Shown here: positions 1 to 9,602 of the stretch, one piece after another | Layout of the letters: every line of letters starts with the position of its first letter | Numbering within the stretch: the first letter of the stretch is position 1 | NCBI GenBank assembly: GCA_964291415.2 | Contig: OZ219917.1 | Span: 1,056,001 to 1,120,000, forward strand | Length of the DNA: 64,000 nucleotides | DNA from: Alphaproteobacteria bacterium | Lineage (GTDB): Bacteria; Pseudomonadota; Alphaproteobacteria; SP197 | Reading direction: 5' to 3' | Notes under the pieces: generated by a model | Told to the model about the DNA's origin: nothing | Database searches by the model: none | The model's input: the letters and a program-made list of their open reading frames with translations, nothing else | Made by a program: the position numbers and the translations under genes

Positions 1-83
1 CCGCTGCCGCCCTGCAGCACCCGGAACCGCGCATCCGCCGTCTCGTGGAACCGCACACTGGCCATGTCGGCAAACGTCGTCAT
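1..83 (-). CDS. N-terminus of a probable alpha/beta hydrolase (haloacetate dehalogenase-like), runs off the window
   Basis: Minus strand reads MTTFADMASVRFHETADARFRVLQGGSG from ATG at 83 with GGAGG upstream. GGSG typically precedes PPLLLLHG in this family. Only 28 codons are visible. Confidence 0.45.
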   Translation of the reverse strand, partial: MTTFADMASVRFHETADARFRVLQGGS

Positions 84-336
84 CCGCAACGCCTCCACCG
101 TGATGGCTGCGGACGGTAGAAGGCCCGGTTCTCTCCGGCAACCGAAAGACGGGTGAGCCGCCCACCTGGTGCTGTCGGCCAGTCTGACCTGCGATCAGGC
201 GAACGCCCCAAAGCAATCCCTGCGGCGTAACCTCGGAGTGACCGCCCGGGGTGGACCCCTCTGGAGCGCGCACCGGATCGACTGGCAGTGTTCCGGTGCG
301 CAAAGGCCGGTCGAACCTGGCGTCAACCCGCCGGGT

Positions 337-753
337 TCAACTCCAGGGGTTGATCACTTCGGCGCCCATGTCAAGAAAGGGGGCCGTGTCGCGGGTGGCG
401 ACGTGGAACCCGGCGGCGACTGCGATTGCCGCGATCGCCGCGTCGGCGAATCCGACCCGCCGACCGTTGCGCTGGGCGGTCGCCGCCCGGTCCGCGAAAG
501 CCCGAACCGCCGGTTCGTCGAGGTGCTTGATTCGGCCCCTGAACACCCGGTCCACAGTTTCATCGATGCCGTTCTCGAGAATTTGCCGACGCGCGCCCGG
601 CGCCAACAGGGCAGCGCCGAACCGGAGTTCCATGACGGTGATCACCGACAGCCAGAGCGACTCCAGATCCTGTTGGTTCAACCATTCCATGACTCCTGGA
701 TCCGGTTCCGGTCTCATGGTTTCAGAGACCACGTTCGTGTCCAGCAGGATCAT
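337..753 (-). CDS. vapC: PIN-domain toxin (VapC/FitB family)
   Basis: MILLDTNVVSE...E..G...DAAIAAIA...ATRD acidic PIN motifs; overlaps the antitoxin stop (ATGA). Confidence 0.92.
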   Translation of the reverse strand: MILLDTNVVSETMRPEPDPGVMEWLNQQDLESLWLSVITVMELRFGAALLAPGARRQILENGIDETVDRVFRGRIKHLDEPAVRAFADRAATAQRNGRRVGFADAAIAAIAVAAGFHVATRDTAPFLDMGAEVINPWS

Positions 754-989
754 TCGAACGAAGCCGGGTCGATCGGTGCACGATCGCGCTCAAAAGATAC
801 GTCAGCGAAGTGGGCGTCCTTCCAGATGGACCGGAGCAGGTCGCCCGGGCGCGCGCGGTCGGCGGGGAACAGCCCGCGCCGCAGGATGTTCCTCGCCAGC
901 GCCTCGGCGCTCTTCCCCTCGGCCCGGGCCTGTGCTTTCAGCGCCCGGTGGACCTCGTCGGGGATTTGCCGGATGGTGATTTGCGCCAT
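750..989 (-). CDS. Ribbon-helix-helix antitoxin (FitA-like)
   Basis: MAQITIRQIPDEVHRALKAQARAEGKSAEA RHH signature; ATG at 989 preceded by AGGAG; directly upstream of the PIN toxin. Confidence 0.88.
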   Translation of the reverse strand: MAQITIRQIPDEVHRALKAQARAEGKSAEALARNILRRGLFPADRARPGDLLRSIWKDAHFADVSFERDRAPIDPASFE

Positions 990-1028
990 GGCTGACTCCT
1001 TGGTGGCAAACCAGAAGCGTCGCCCAAG

Positions 1029-1055
1029 TGATAGCACTCGTTGAATTTGCTATCA
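1029..1055. promoter_or_regulatory. FitA-type operator inverted repeat TGATAGCA-N11-TGCTATCA
   Basis: Perfect 8-bp inverted repeat about 40 nt upstream of the antitoxin start; the half-site matches the TGCTATCA bound by Neisseria FitAB. Confidence 0.65.
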
Positions 1056-1331
1056 AGTACGGATTTGCAGCCGCAATGCTGAGTAGGCGAAAGGCATGCC
1101 CCCCTGTGAAGCCCCTCACATTGCCCGAGAATCTTGAGCACATCGGACCGATGTGTTGACTGCATGGAGGTCCGTCAACTTTCATGTGCAAGTCCCTGTT
1201 CATTCACGTGCGGTTCACATCAACTGTCGCAGGTTAAGAAGGCTCCGGCTCTCCGCGGCAACCGCTTGGACTTCCGCCGGGCCCGGCGATAGAGTGCCGC
1301 TCCGCAACGCATCCCGGGAGGACTGAGTGCC

Positions 1332-2636
1332 ATGGTCGCCGTATCGAAGATCGCCCGCGAGAAGGGTATCAGGTACTTCCTGATCAGCTTTTCGGACCTT
1401 GCTGGGGTGGCTCGCTCCAAGCTGGTGCCGGCCGCCGCGATCGATGGCATGGTGGCCGACGGCGCCGGGTTCGCCGGGTTCGCCACTCACCTCGACATGA
1501 CGCCGGCACATCCGGACATGTTTGCCGTGCCCGATCCCGGGTCTCTCATCCAGCTCCCCTGGAAGCCGGAGGTCGGCTGGATGGCGGGCAACCTCATGAT
1601 GGACGGCAACGAGGTCGACCATGGTCCGCGCAACGTGTTGCGGCGCATGATTGCGCGTGCCGGGGATCAGGGCATGCGGTTCCGGACCGGTGTGGAGTGC
1701 GAGTTCCACCTGATCAACGCCGACGGCAGCGACATCCACGATTCCCGCGACATCATGGACAAGCCTTGCTACGACCAGCAGGCGCTCATGCGCCGCTATG
1801 ACGTCATCGCCGAAATCTGCGACGCCATGCTGTCGCTGGGCTGGGGTCCCTACCAGAACGACCACGAAGACGCCAACGGCCAGTTCGAGATGAACTGGGA
1901 CTACGACGACGTCCTGGTGACCGCCGACCGCCACACTTTCTTCAAGTTCATGGTGAAATCGATCGCCGAGAACCACGGGCTGCGAGCCACGTTCATGCCC
2001 AAGCCGTTCTCGAACATCACCGGAAACGGCTGTCATACCCATGCCAGCATGTGGGATTCAGGGGGCGACACCAACCTGTTCCACGATCCGGACGGGGAAC
2101 TCGGCATCTCCCGGATGGGCTACCACTTCCTCGGGGGCGTGCTCAAGCATGCGCGGGCGCTGACCGCGATCTTCAATCCGGTGGTCAACAGCTACAAGCG
2201 GATCAACGCCCAGGTCACGGCATCGGGAGCGACATGGTCGCCCAACACGGTCTCCTACACGGGCAACAACCGCACGCACATGGTGCGGATTCCCGACGAG
2301 GGGCGGTTCGAGTTCCGCCTGATGGACGGGGCGACCAACCCCTATCTCGCCCAGGCCGCCCTGCTCGCCGCCGGACTTGACGGCATTGCCGGCGAGGTGG
2401 ATCCCGGCAAGCGTCTTGATGTCAACATGTACGAGACCGATCCCGAATCGCTGGATGTCGAGCGCCTGCCGCTCAATCTCCTCGACGCGGTTCGGGTGGC
2501 CGAATCCAACACGATGCTGCGTGACTACCTCGGCGACGAGACCGTCAATGCCTTCCTGTCCATGAAGAAGCGGGAATGGCTCGACTACACGCGTCACCTG
2601 ACCCAGTGGGAGCGCGACCACACCCTCGATTGCTGA
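1332..2636 (+). CDS. glnT: Type III glutamate-ammonia ligase / gamma-glutamylmethylamide synthetase (GlnT/GmaS)
   Basis: RSKLVPAAAID, GAGFAGFA, KPCYDQQALMRRYD, DHEDANGQFE, FMPKPF..TGNGCH and GNNRTH motifs. Confidence 0.9.
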   Translation: MVAVSKIAREKGIRYFLISFSDLAGVARSKLVPAAAIDGMVADGAGFAGFATHLDMTPAHPDMFAVPDPGSLIQLPWKPEVGWMAGNLMMDGNEVDHGPRNVLRRMIARAGDQGMRFRTGVECEFHLINADGSDIHDSRDIMDKPCYDQQALMRRYDVIAEICDAMLSLGWGPYQNDHEDANGQFEMNWDYDDVLVTADRHTFFKFMVKSIAENHGLRATFMPKPFSNITGNGCHTHASMWDSGGDTNLFHDPDGELGISRMGYHFLGGVLKHARALTAIFNPVVNSYKRINAQVTASGATWSPNTVSYTGNNRTHMVRIPDEGRFEFRLMDGATNPYLAQAALLAAGLDGIAGEVDPGKRLDVNMYETDPESLDVERLPLNLLDAVRVAESNTMLRDYLGDETVNAFLSMKKREWLDYTRHLTQWERDHTLDC

Positions 2637-2678
2637 ACGCGCCTCCCTCCCGTTCCCCTGACGAGGGAGTGTGAACCG

Positions 2679-3590
2679 GTGATTGTCGTCTTCGGCTCGC
2701 TCAACATGGACTTCATTCTTCAGGTGGAGCACCTGCCGGAGCCGGGGGAGACCGTGCTGACACCGGAACACGCCACGGCCCCTGGCGGCAAGGGAGCGAA
2801 TCAGGCCGTGGCCGCCGCCCGCGCCGGTGGAGACGTGGCCATGGCGGGCTGTGTCGGGCCGGACGAGTTTGGACGCGAACTGATCGCCGTCATGACCGGC
2901 GAAGGCATCGACATGACTCTTGTCGCCACGGCGACACGGCCGACGGCGCTGGCAATTGTCACGGTCGATCACGAAGGCGCCAACCAGATTGTCGTATCGA
3001 GCGGGGCCAACCGCGAGGCCCGGCAGGCATGTGTCGGGGATGGTGTGCTGAACGCCGCGACGACCCTGCTGCTGCAGCGTGAAGTGCCGGTTGACGAGTG
3101 CGTCGCCCTGGCCCGCCGGGCCCGGGACGCAGGTATGCGTGTCATTCTCAATGCCGCACCGGCGGGTCCGGTTGATTGCGATGCGCTTGATTTCCTGATC
3201 GTCAACGAGGTCGAGGCGGCAGCCGTGGCGAGGGAAACGGGCCTGGACGGCATGGCGCCGGTCGATCTTGCACACCACCTGGCGAGTCGCGATGGCGTGA
3301 CGACCGTGGTGACACTGGGTGAGCGCGGTGCAGTCGCCGTTGGCCCCGGAGAGACCTGGAGAATCGGCAGTCTCGCGATCCGGCCGGTTGACACCGTCGG
3401 GGCCGGTGACGCCTTTTGCGGCACCCTCGCCGCGGCTCTCGACATGGACATGCCGCTCCCCCGGGCCTTGCGCCGTGCCTGCGTCGCCGGCGCCCTTGCC
3501 TGTCTGGAACCGGGTGCCATGCCGGCACTGCCGCGTTCCGGGGCGATTGATGCCCGCCTGGAGGAACTGGCGCCGGCGGTTGCCGTGTGA
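2679..3590 (+). CDS. rbsK: Ribokinase (PfkB family)
   Basis: GSLNMD, PGGKGANQAVAAAR, NEVEA, DTVGAGDAF. Confidence 0.88.
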   Translation: MIVVFGSLNMDFILQVEHLPEPGETVLTPEHATAPGGKGANQAVAAARAGGDVAMAGCVGPDEFGRELIAVMTGEGIDMTLVATATRPTALAIVTVDHEGANQIVVSSGANREARQACVGDGVLNAATTLLLQREVPVDECVALARRARDAGMRVILNAAPAGPVDCDALDFLIVNEVEAAAVARETGLDGMAPVDLAHHLASRDGVTTVVTLGERGAVAVGPGETWRIGSLAIRPVDTVGAGDAFCGTLAAALDMDMPLPRALRRACVAGALACLEPGAMPALPRSGAIDARLEELAPAVAV

Positions 3591-4912
3591 TGGCCGGCCC
3601 GCCGGCTGACCGGCGACGAGCCGGCCTCCCGCGGCTGGTGGCTCTTGATGCCATCGTGGCATGTCTCGAGGACCGGTGTCCGCTCGATCGTGCGCTGGAG
3701 CGGGACAGGCGGTTCGACCTCCTCGAATTCCGCGACCGTGCGCTGGTTCATACAGTGACCACGGAGACCTGCCGCCGACTGGGCCAGATCGATGCGCTGA
3801 TCGCCGCCAGCCTCGAGCGCCCGCTGCCGGCGCGCGCGCGCAACGTGCGCGCCATCCTGCGCCTTGGCATTGCCCAACTTCTGTTTCTCGGATTTGCGCC
3901 CCATGCTGCCATCGACAGTTCGGTACGCCTTGCCCACGCCCGCGCCAAGGGCATGGCGCCTCTCGTCAACGCGGTTCTTCGGAGACTGCAGAGAGACGGA
4001 ACGAATATGGTCGCCAGTCAGGATCCACCGGCGTTGAACACTCCTTCCTGGCTCTACCGGTCATGGCTGGACGCCTGGGGAGGCACGACCGCGTCCGCCA
4101 TTGCAAAGGCGAACCTGGACCGTCCGGAGCTCGATGTCACCGTGGTGGACGATGCTGAAGCATGGGCGACACGGCTGGGCGGGCGCATCCTTTCGACCGG
4201 CAGCATCAGGGTACCTTCAGGCGGCGCCGTCAGGGATCTTCCCGGGTTTGAATGCGGACGCTGGTGGGTCCAGGACACGGCGGCCTCGTTTCCGGCCCGC
4301 CTGCTTGGCGACGTTGCCGGAAAGCGGGTTCTTGACCTGTGTGCGGCGCCGGGCGGCAAGACGGCGCAGCTTGCGCTCGCCGGGGCCCGTGTCACGGCTG
4401 TCGATATCTCCGGGCCACGCATGGAAAGATTGCAGGCCAACATGGAGCGCCTCGGCTGCACCATCGAGACCCGTATCGCAGATGCCTCCACCTGGCGTTC
4501 GGCGACGCCGTTCGACGCCGTGCTGCTCGATGCGCCGTGCAGTGGCACCGGCACCATACGGCGGCATCCTGACATACCGTGGATCAGGAACCGGGAGGAC
4601 GTCCGCCGTCTCGCCCGCCTGCAGCGGCAGATGATTGCCAATGCCCTCGCCAACCTTTCACGGCAGGGGGTCCTCGTCTACGCGGTATGTTCCCTGGAGC
4701 CGGAGGAAGGCGAAGCCCACCTGCGTGACCTGGAGCCGGGCTGCCACATCGATGCCGTCCATCCCGACGAGGTTCCCGGCCTGGCGGAGGCCCTGACTGA
4801 GGAGGGATGCCTGAGGATTCTGCCCACGCACCTCGCCCACGAGGGGGGGCTTGACGGCTTTTTCGTCATGCGCTTGCGACAGTCGGGTGAAGCTGGTACC
4901 TCAATCGTGTGA
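3587..4912 (+). CDS. rsmB: RsmB/NOP class RNA m5C methyltransferase with NusB-like N-terminus
   Basis: VNAVLR, WWVQD, DLCAAPGGKT, LLDAPCSGTGTIRRHPD, YAVCSL. Confidence 0.9.
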   Translation: MMAGPPADRRRAGLPRLVALDAIVACLEDRCPLDRALERDRRFDLLEFRDRALVHTVTTETCRRLGQIDALIAASLERPLPARARNVRAILRLGIAQLLFLGFAPHAAIDSSVRLAHARAKGMAPLVNAVLRRLQRDGTNMVASQDPPALNTPSWLYRSWLDAWGGTTASAIAKANLDRPELDVTVVDDAEAWATRLGGRILSTGSIRVPSGGAVRDLPGFECGRWWVQDTAASFPARLLGDVAGKRVLDLCAAPGGKTAQLALAGARVTAVDISGPRMERLQANMERLGCTIETRIADASTWRSATPFDAVLLDAPCSGTGTIRRHPDIPWIRNREDVRRLARLQRQMIANALANLSRQGVLVYAVCSLEPEEGEAHLRDLEPGCHIDAVHPDEVPGLAEALTEEGCLRILPTHLAHEGGLDGFFVMRLRQSGEAGTSIV

Positions 4913-5568
4913 AGCAGTCTCTCCGCATTGCTCCTTCCATCCTGTCGGCCGACTTTTCCAGGCTCGGCCAGGAAATCCGCGCCATTGACGATGCCGGGTG
5001 TGACCGTATCCACATCGACGTGATGGACGGTCACTTCGTGCCCAACCTGACACTGGGCGCTCCGATCATCGCGGCGTTGCGGGGATGCAGCACGAAGCCC
5101 TTCGACGTTCACCTGATGGTGAGCGCTCCTGATCATCTCATCGGGGATTTCATCAGTGCCGGCAGCGACATGGTGACCGTGCATGTCGAGGCGTCTCCGC
5201 ATGTCCATCGCACGCTGCAGGTCATCCGCGACTCAGGCATCAGTGCCGGTGTTTCCCTCAATCCCCAGACTCCCGCCGTTGCCGTCGCATCGCTCCTCGA
5301 TCAGGTTGATCTCATCCTTGTCATGACCGTCAATCCGGGATACGCCGGACAGACGTTCATCAAGGGTGTCCTGCCGAAGATCGCGGAACTGAGGGCGATG
5401 ATTGACACCGGGGGACATGACATCGATCTCGTGGTCGACGGTGGCATCACTCCAGCCACCGCGCGCCTCGCTGTGGCGGCCGGCGCCGACGTCCTGGTGG
5501 CCGGCACGGCCGTCTTTTCCGGCGGTCCCGAACTCTATGCCGACAACATCCAGGCGCTCCGGGTCTAG
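4909..5568 (+). CDS. rpe: Ribulose-phosphate 3-epimerase
   Basis: IAPSILSADF, HIDVMDGHFVPN, DVHLM, MTVNPG, VDGGI. Confidence 0.97.
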   Translation: MKQSLRIAPSILSADFSRLGQEIRAIDDAGCDRIHIDVMDGHFVPNLTLGAPIIAALRGCSTKPFDVHLMVSAPDHLIGDFISAGSDMVTVHVEASPHVHRTLQVIRDSGISAGVSLNPQTPAVAVASLLDQVDLILVMTVNPGYAGQTFIKGVLPKIAELRAMIDTGGHDIDLVVDGGITPATARLAVAAGADVLVAGTAVFSGGPELYADNIQALRV

Positions 5569-5570
5569 CG

Positions 5571-7268
5571 GTGGTGCATCAGGCGAGTGAACCACGTTTC
5601 GTGTCCGATCCGCTGGAAGGCCTTCGTTCCGCCCTCTTTACCAGCCGGCTCTATCGCTTCTTTCTGGCGCGGGAAGTACCGGACAATCTTCTGCAGAGCC
5701 TCAACGATCCGTGGCCAGGAGATGCCGGAAGGGGTCACGCCATCAGCGAGGGGCACTGGAAACTGGCAAACCAGACATTCGTCTTCGATCACCGGCTGGG
5801 GCCGCCCGAATGGTATCCTCCGGGAGCCTGGAACGGCTGGCTCGAGGAACTGCACGGCTTCACATGGTTGCGTGACCTCCAGGAAGCGGGAGGGCACGCC
5901 CGCCAGATCGCCCAGACCGCCCTCGCCGGGTGGATGTCGGATTGCGGGTCCTGGAACCGCTTTGCCTGGCGTCCCGACATTCTGGGACGGCGCCTTGCCT
6001 CGTGGCTGACACACCACGGATTTCTCATCGGCGATGCCGATCCCCGGTTCCGCCAGCAGTTCTTCAGGAGCCTCACGGAACAGACGCGGCACCTTGCCCG
6101 CGTGGCGACGCGCGGTTCTCCGGGCCTGGGCAGGATCGCGGTTCTGCGTGCCCTCATCTTCGCCGGGATCACCCTGCCGGGGTCGGCGCGGCGCATGCCC
6201 CAGGTCATGCGCCTGCTCAAGCAGGAACTGGATCACCAGATGTTGCCGGATGGCGGCCAGCGAGAACGCAATCCCAGCATCCAGTATCTCCTGCTGCGCG
6301 ATCTCGTGGACATTCGCCTGGCCTTGATCCAGGGCCGCCAGCCTGTTCCCGGCTGGCTCCAGCAGACCATCGATCGTGCCGCTCCGATGCTCCGTTTCTA
6401 TCGACACGGAGATGGCGGACTGGCGCTGTTCAACGGGTCACGGGAGGAATCGCCCCATCTGATCGACAATGTGCTGGCCATCGGTCAGGCCACCGGACGG
6501 CCGTTGCGGCGCACACCGTACACGGGCTTCGAACGTCTCGAAGCGGGCAGCACCGTCGTTCTCGTCGATGCAGCCTGGCCACCGGCGGCCGAATGGACCG
6601 CACGGGCCCATGCCGCCCCCCTTGCCTTCGAGATGAGCTACGGCAGGGAACGGCTGATAGTCTCGATGGGCTCCTGGCATGGCCCGGACAGCGACTGGCA
6701 ACAGGCTGCCCGCGAGACCGCGGCCCACTCGACCATCACGGTGGACGATCGAAGCCTGGCGGAGTTCAGAAAGGATGGATGCCTCGGCCGGGGACCGCGC
6801 GACGTGAGGGTGGAGCGACGCGAACAGCAGGGCAATGCAACCCTCGTCATGAGTCAAGATGGCTATCATGCGCCGTTCCGCCTGACCCATCACCGCACGC
6901 TCGCCCTCGCTGCAGATGGCCATGTGCTGAAGGGAGAGGATGTTCTCGACGGTCCTGGCGGTGAACGGTTTTCGCTGCGCTTCCACCTTCACCCGGATGT
7001 CCGGGCAGCGGTCGTGCACGACAGCCAGAGTGTTCTCCTGAGTCCGAAGTCCGGCAAGGGATGGCGGTTGAGCGTCAGGGGTGGTGTTCTGGAACTGGTG
7101 GGCAGTGTCTACCTGGGCTCGGGCGCCATGCGAGCGTCCCAGCAGGTGGTGGTATCCCGGGGACTGAATGGGGTCAGGAACGTCATCACGTGGGAACTCG
7201 AACGCATCGAGTCGAGACCGAAAAGGAAACGGAAGCGTTCGCACGGTGAAGAGCTGGCTCTCGTTTGA
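5571..7268 (+). CDS. Heparinase II/III family protein
   Basis: LHGFTWLRDL, RFYRHGDGGLALFNG, AHAAPLAFEMS, TAAHST, RFHLHP; usual alphaproteobacterial neighbour of rsmB/rpe. Confidence 0.85.
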   Translation: MVHQASEPRFVSDPLEGLRSALFTSRLYRFFLAREVPDNLLQSLNDPWPGDAGRGHAISEGHWKLANQTFVFDHRLGPPEWYPPGAWNGWLEELHGFTWLRDLQEAGGHARQIAQTALAGWMSDCGSWNRFAWRPDILGRRLASWLTHHGFLIGDADPRFRQQFFRSLTEQTRHLARVATRGSPGLGRIAVLRALIFAGITLPGSARRMPQVMRLLKQELDHQMLPDGGQRERNPSIQYLLLRDLVDIRLALIQGRQPVPGWLQQTIDRAAPMLRFYRHGDGGLALFNGSREESPHLIDNVLAIGQATGRPLRRTPYTGFERLEAGSTVVLVDAAWPPAAEWTARAHAAPLAFEMSYGRERLIVSMGSWHGPDSDWQQAARETAAHSTITVDDRSLAEFRKDGCLGRGPRDVRVERREQQGNATLVMSQDGYHAPFRLTHHRTLALAADGHVLKGEDVLDGPGGERFSLRFHLHPDVRAAVVHDSQSVLLSPKSGKGWRLSVRGGVLELVGSVYLGSGAMRASQQVVVSRGLNGVRNVITWELERIESRPKRKRKRSHGEELALV

Positions 7269-7305
7269 CGGCGGCGGCCCACCGCGAATCGCCGGGCGAA
7301 CACAT

Positions 7306-7400
7306 GGAGGGGGATCGGTTCCGGTGGACCGCCCGGTCTTCAAAACCGGTGAGGGGCGCAAGGCGTGCCTGGTGGGTTCGACTCCCGCCCCCTTCCGCCA
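7306..7400 (+). tRNA. selC: tRNA-Sec (anticodon UCA)
   Basis: 95 nt; 8-bp acceptor stem GGAGGGGG/CCCCTTCC, 6-bp D stem with CGGT loop, CT-TCA-AA anticodon loop, long variable arm, 5-bp T stem with TTCGACT loop, GCCA end. Confidence 0.97.
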
Positions 7401-7412
7401 TCGCGGGGACTC

Positions 7413-9602
7413 ATGGACATCGTTCTGATCGGCGGCGGCCATGCCCATGTCGAGGTTTTGCGCAGTGCCCTCATGACACCCGTGGCCGGCGTGCGCCTCA
7501 CCCTGGTCACGCGGGATGTCGCGACGCCCTATTCTGGAATGATCCCCGGATATCTCGCGGGTCACTACACCTGGGCCGAGGCACATATCGATCTTGTGCC
7601 CCTTGCCGCGCGGGCCGGAACCCGGCTGATCCATGCTGCCGCGACCGGCCTTGATCCCGAAGCGCGCCAGGTGCACTTCGAGGACCGTCCGCCCCTTGGT
7701 TTCGATGTCGTCTCGCTCGACATCGGTTCCCGCCCGGCGAGCGATGGAATCGCCGGAGCAGGGACGCATGGTCTGCCGGTCAAGCCGGTCGACCGCTTTC
7801 TCGAACGCTGGACGGACGTGGAGGCGGCGGCATGTGCGGCCACAGGGCCCTACCGGGTGACGATGGTCGGTGGTGGTGCCGCCGGAGTCGAAGTCACCCT
7901 GGCCCTCCATCGCCGACTCACCAACCACATGGTCGAGGCCGGTTGCGATCCGGCATCGCTCGTCTTCAGGGTCGTGACCGCGGATGCGGCCTTGCTGACA
8001 GATCACGCAGCCCGCACCGGCAGACGGCTTGGCCGGGTCCTCGCCGAGGCCGGAATCGGCGTTTGTCTGAATGCGCCTGTCGTCGCGCTTGAGGATGGAG
8101 AAGTCCGTCTGGCCGACGGCTCCGTTCTGGAAAGTGATGTCACTGTCCTCGCCACCGGGGCCGCGGCGCCGGAGTGGATTCGCCGGACCGGACTAGCCGT
8201 CGACGGGAATGGGTTCGTCGCCGTTGACGGTTGCCTGCGCTCGACATCCCATGCCTGCGTGTTCGCCGTTGGTGACATCGCCAGCTTTGCACCCAGGGAG
8301 CTGCCCAAGAACGGCGTCCACGCCGTGCGCCAGGGACCGGTTCTGGACAGCACACTCAGGCGCCTTGCGGAGGGTCGGGAACCGGTTCCCTACAGACCCC
8401 AGCAACGCACGCTGGCGATTGTCTCGACCGGCAGCGGGCACGCGGTGGCTTCACGAGGACCAGTCGCGATGTCCGGGCGCTGGGCGTGGTGGTGGAAGGA
8501 TCGCATCGACCGGCGGTGGATGCGCCGCTATCAGGACTTGCCGGGGATGGCTGAAACCCATCCCATGCGGTGCGGCGGGTGCGGCGCCAAGGTGCCGTCG
8601 CGGGTTCTGGAACGGGCTTTGGCCCGACTTGATGTTCCTGCCATGCCCGGTGTCCTGGTTGGTCTCGACGCAGCCGACGACGCGGCCGTTCTCGCACCGG
8701 TCCCGGGCAGTGTGATGGTGCAGACGGTCGATCAGTTCCCGGCGTTCGTGGACGATCCCTGGCTGTTTGGCCGCATTGCGGCCGTCCACGCGCTTTCCGA
8801 TATCCACGCCATGGGAGCCGAACCTCATGCCGCCATGGCGCTCGTTGGTCTGGTGCCCGGCGATGCCGATGCCATGGAAGACGACCTGGTGCACATGCTC
8901 GAGGGGATCCTTTCGATCCTTCGCGATGAAGGCTGCGCCCTGGTGGGCGGCCATACCGGCGAGTCGGACCGTGCCGCCCTGGGTCTGGCCGTCACCGGCC
9001 ATGCCGACGAATCGGCACTCATTCACCTGTCGGGCCTCGAAGAGGGCGACGTTCTTCTGCTGACCAGGCCGCTTGGCACCGGGGCGCTGCTGGCTGCCAA
9101 CATGCGTGGCGAGGCCGAGGGTGCATGGATCGGAACAATTCTTGACGCAATGCAGCGCAGCAACGGACCGGCTGCACGCCTTCTCGCCAACGCCGGCGCC
9201 CGGTCGATGACGGACGTAACCGGCTTCGGGCTTGCCGGACACCTGTGGGATATGGCGCGGGCCTCAGGGGTCACCATCGAGATTGGCAGGGTCCCTGCCT
9301 ATGCCGGGGCGGTGGAACTCCTCGCGCGGGGCCGGACCAGCACGCTTCATCCCGGCAACGTTGCAGCGTTGAAAGGCATCCTCGATGCCGATGCGGCCGA
9401 CCCGATTCTCTTCGATCCGCAGACAGCCGGAGGGCTTGTCGCCGGCCTTCCGGAGGACAGGGCGGACGAGGCGATCGCCCTCCTGCACGAAGCTGGCGAG
9501 ACCGGCGCCGCGCTGATCGGACGGGTGACCGGTTCGGGGAGCGCCGCCCTCTCGCTCGAGCCGCGTGCTCAGCCGTCCACGTATTCGGGCACGAACATGT
9601 AG
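7413..9602 (+). CDS. selD: Selenide, water dikinase SelD fused to an N-terminal FAD/NAD pyridine nucleotide-disulfide oxidoreductase domain
   Basis: N-half MDIVLIGGGHAH, YSGMIPG, VGGGAAGVE, FAVGD; C-half MRCGGCGAKV (Cys form), DDAAV, ALSDIHAMG, GGHT, TDVTGFGLAGHL, DPQTAGGL. Confidence 0.95.
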   Translation: MDIVLIGGGHAHVEVLRSALMTPVAGVRLTLVTRDVATPYSGMIPGYLAGHYTWAEAHIDLVPLAARAGTRLIHAAATGLDPEARQVHFEDRPPLGFDVVSLDIGSRPASDGIAGAGTHGLPVKPVDRFLERWTDVEAAACAATGPYRVTMVGGGAAGVEVTLALHRRLTNHMVEAGCDPASLVFRVVTADAALLTDHAARTGRRLGRVLAEAGIGVCLNAPVVALEDGEVRLADGSVLESDVTVLATGAAAPEWIRRTGLAVDGNGFVAVDGCLRSTSHACVFAVGDIASFAPRELPKNGVHAVRQGPVLDSTLRRLAEGREPVPYRPQQRTLAIVSTGSGHAVASRGPVAMSGRWAWWWKDRIDRRWMRRYQDLPGMAETHPMRCGGCGAKVPSRVLERALARLDVPAMPGVLVGLDAADDAAVLAPVPGSVMVQTVDQFPAFVDDPWLFGRIAAVHALSDIHAMGAEPHAAMALVGLVPGDADAMEDDLVHMLEGILSILRDEGCALVGGHTGESDRAALGLAVTGHADESALIHLSGLEEGDVLLLTRPLGTGALLAANMRGEAEGAWIGTILDAMQRSNGPAARLLANAGARSMTDVTGFGLAGHLWDMARASGVTIEIGRVPAYAGAVELLARGRTSTLHPGNVAALKGILDADAADPILFDPQTAGGLVAGLPEDRADEAIALLHEAGETGAALIGRVTGSGSAALSLEPRAQPSTYSGTNM

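Noticed and set aside
140-172. GCCGCCCACCTGG resembles the 3' hairpin of ZTP (pfl) riboswitches
   Set aside because: The 5' GACTGGCG...GGGGAGC domain is absent and there is no suitably oriented downstream gene.
268-301. 10-bp hairpin GCGCACCGGA/TCCGGTGCGC after vapC
   Set aside because: No U-tract in the vapC direction and a 14-nt loop, so it cannot be called a terminator.
7365-7412. ORF-track start of selD at 7365
   Set aside because: It lies within tRNA-Sec; the Rossmann motif starts right after the ATG at 7413.
8567-8596. Possible Sec form of SelD
   Set aside because: The active-site region is encoded with TGC codons (CGGCGAK); there is no in-frame TGA.
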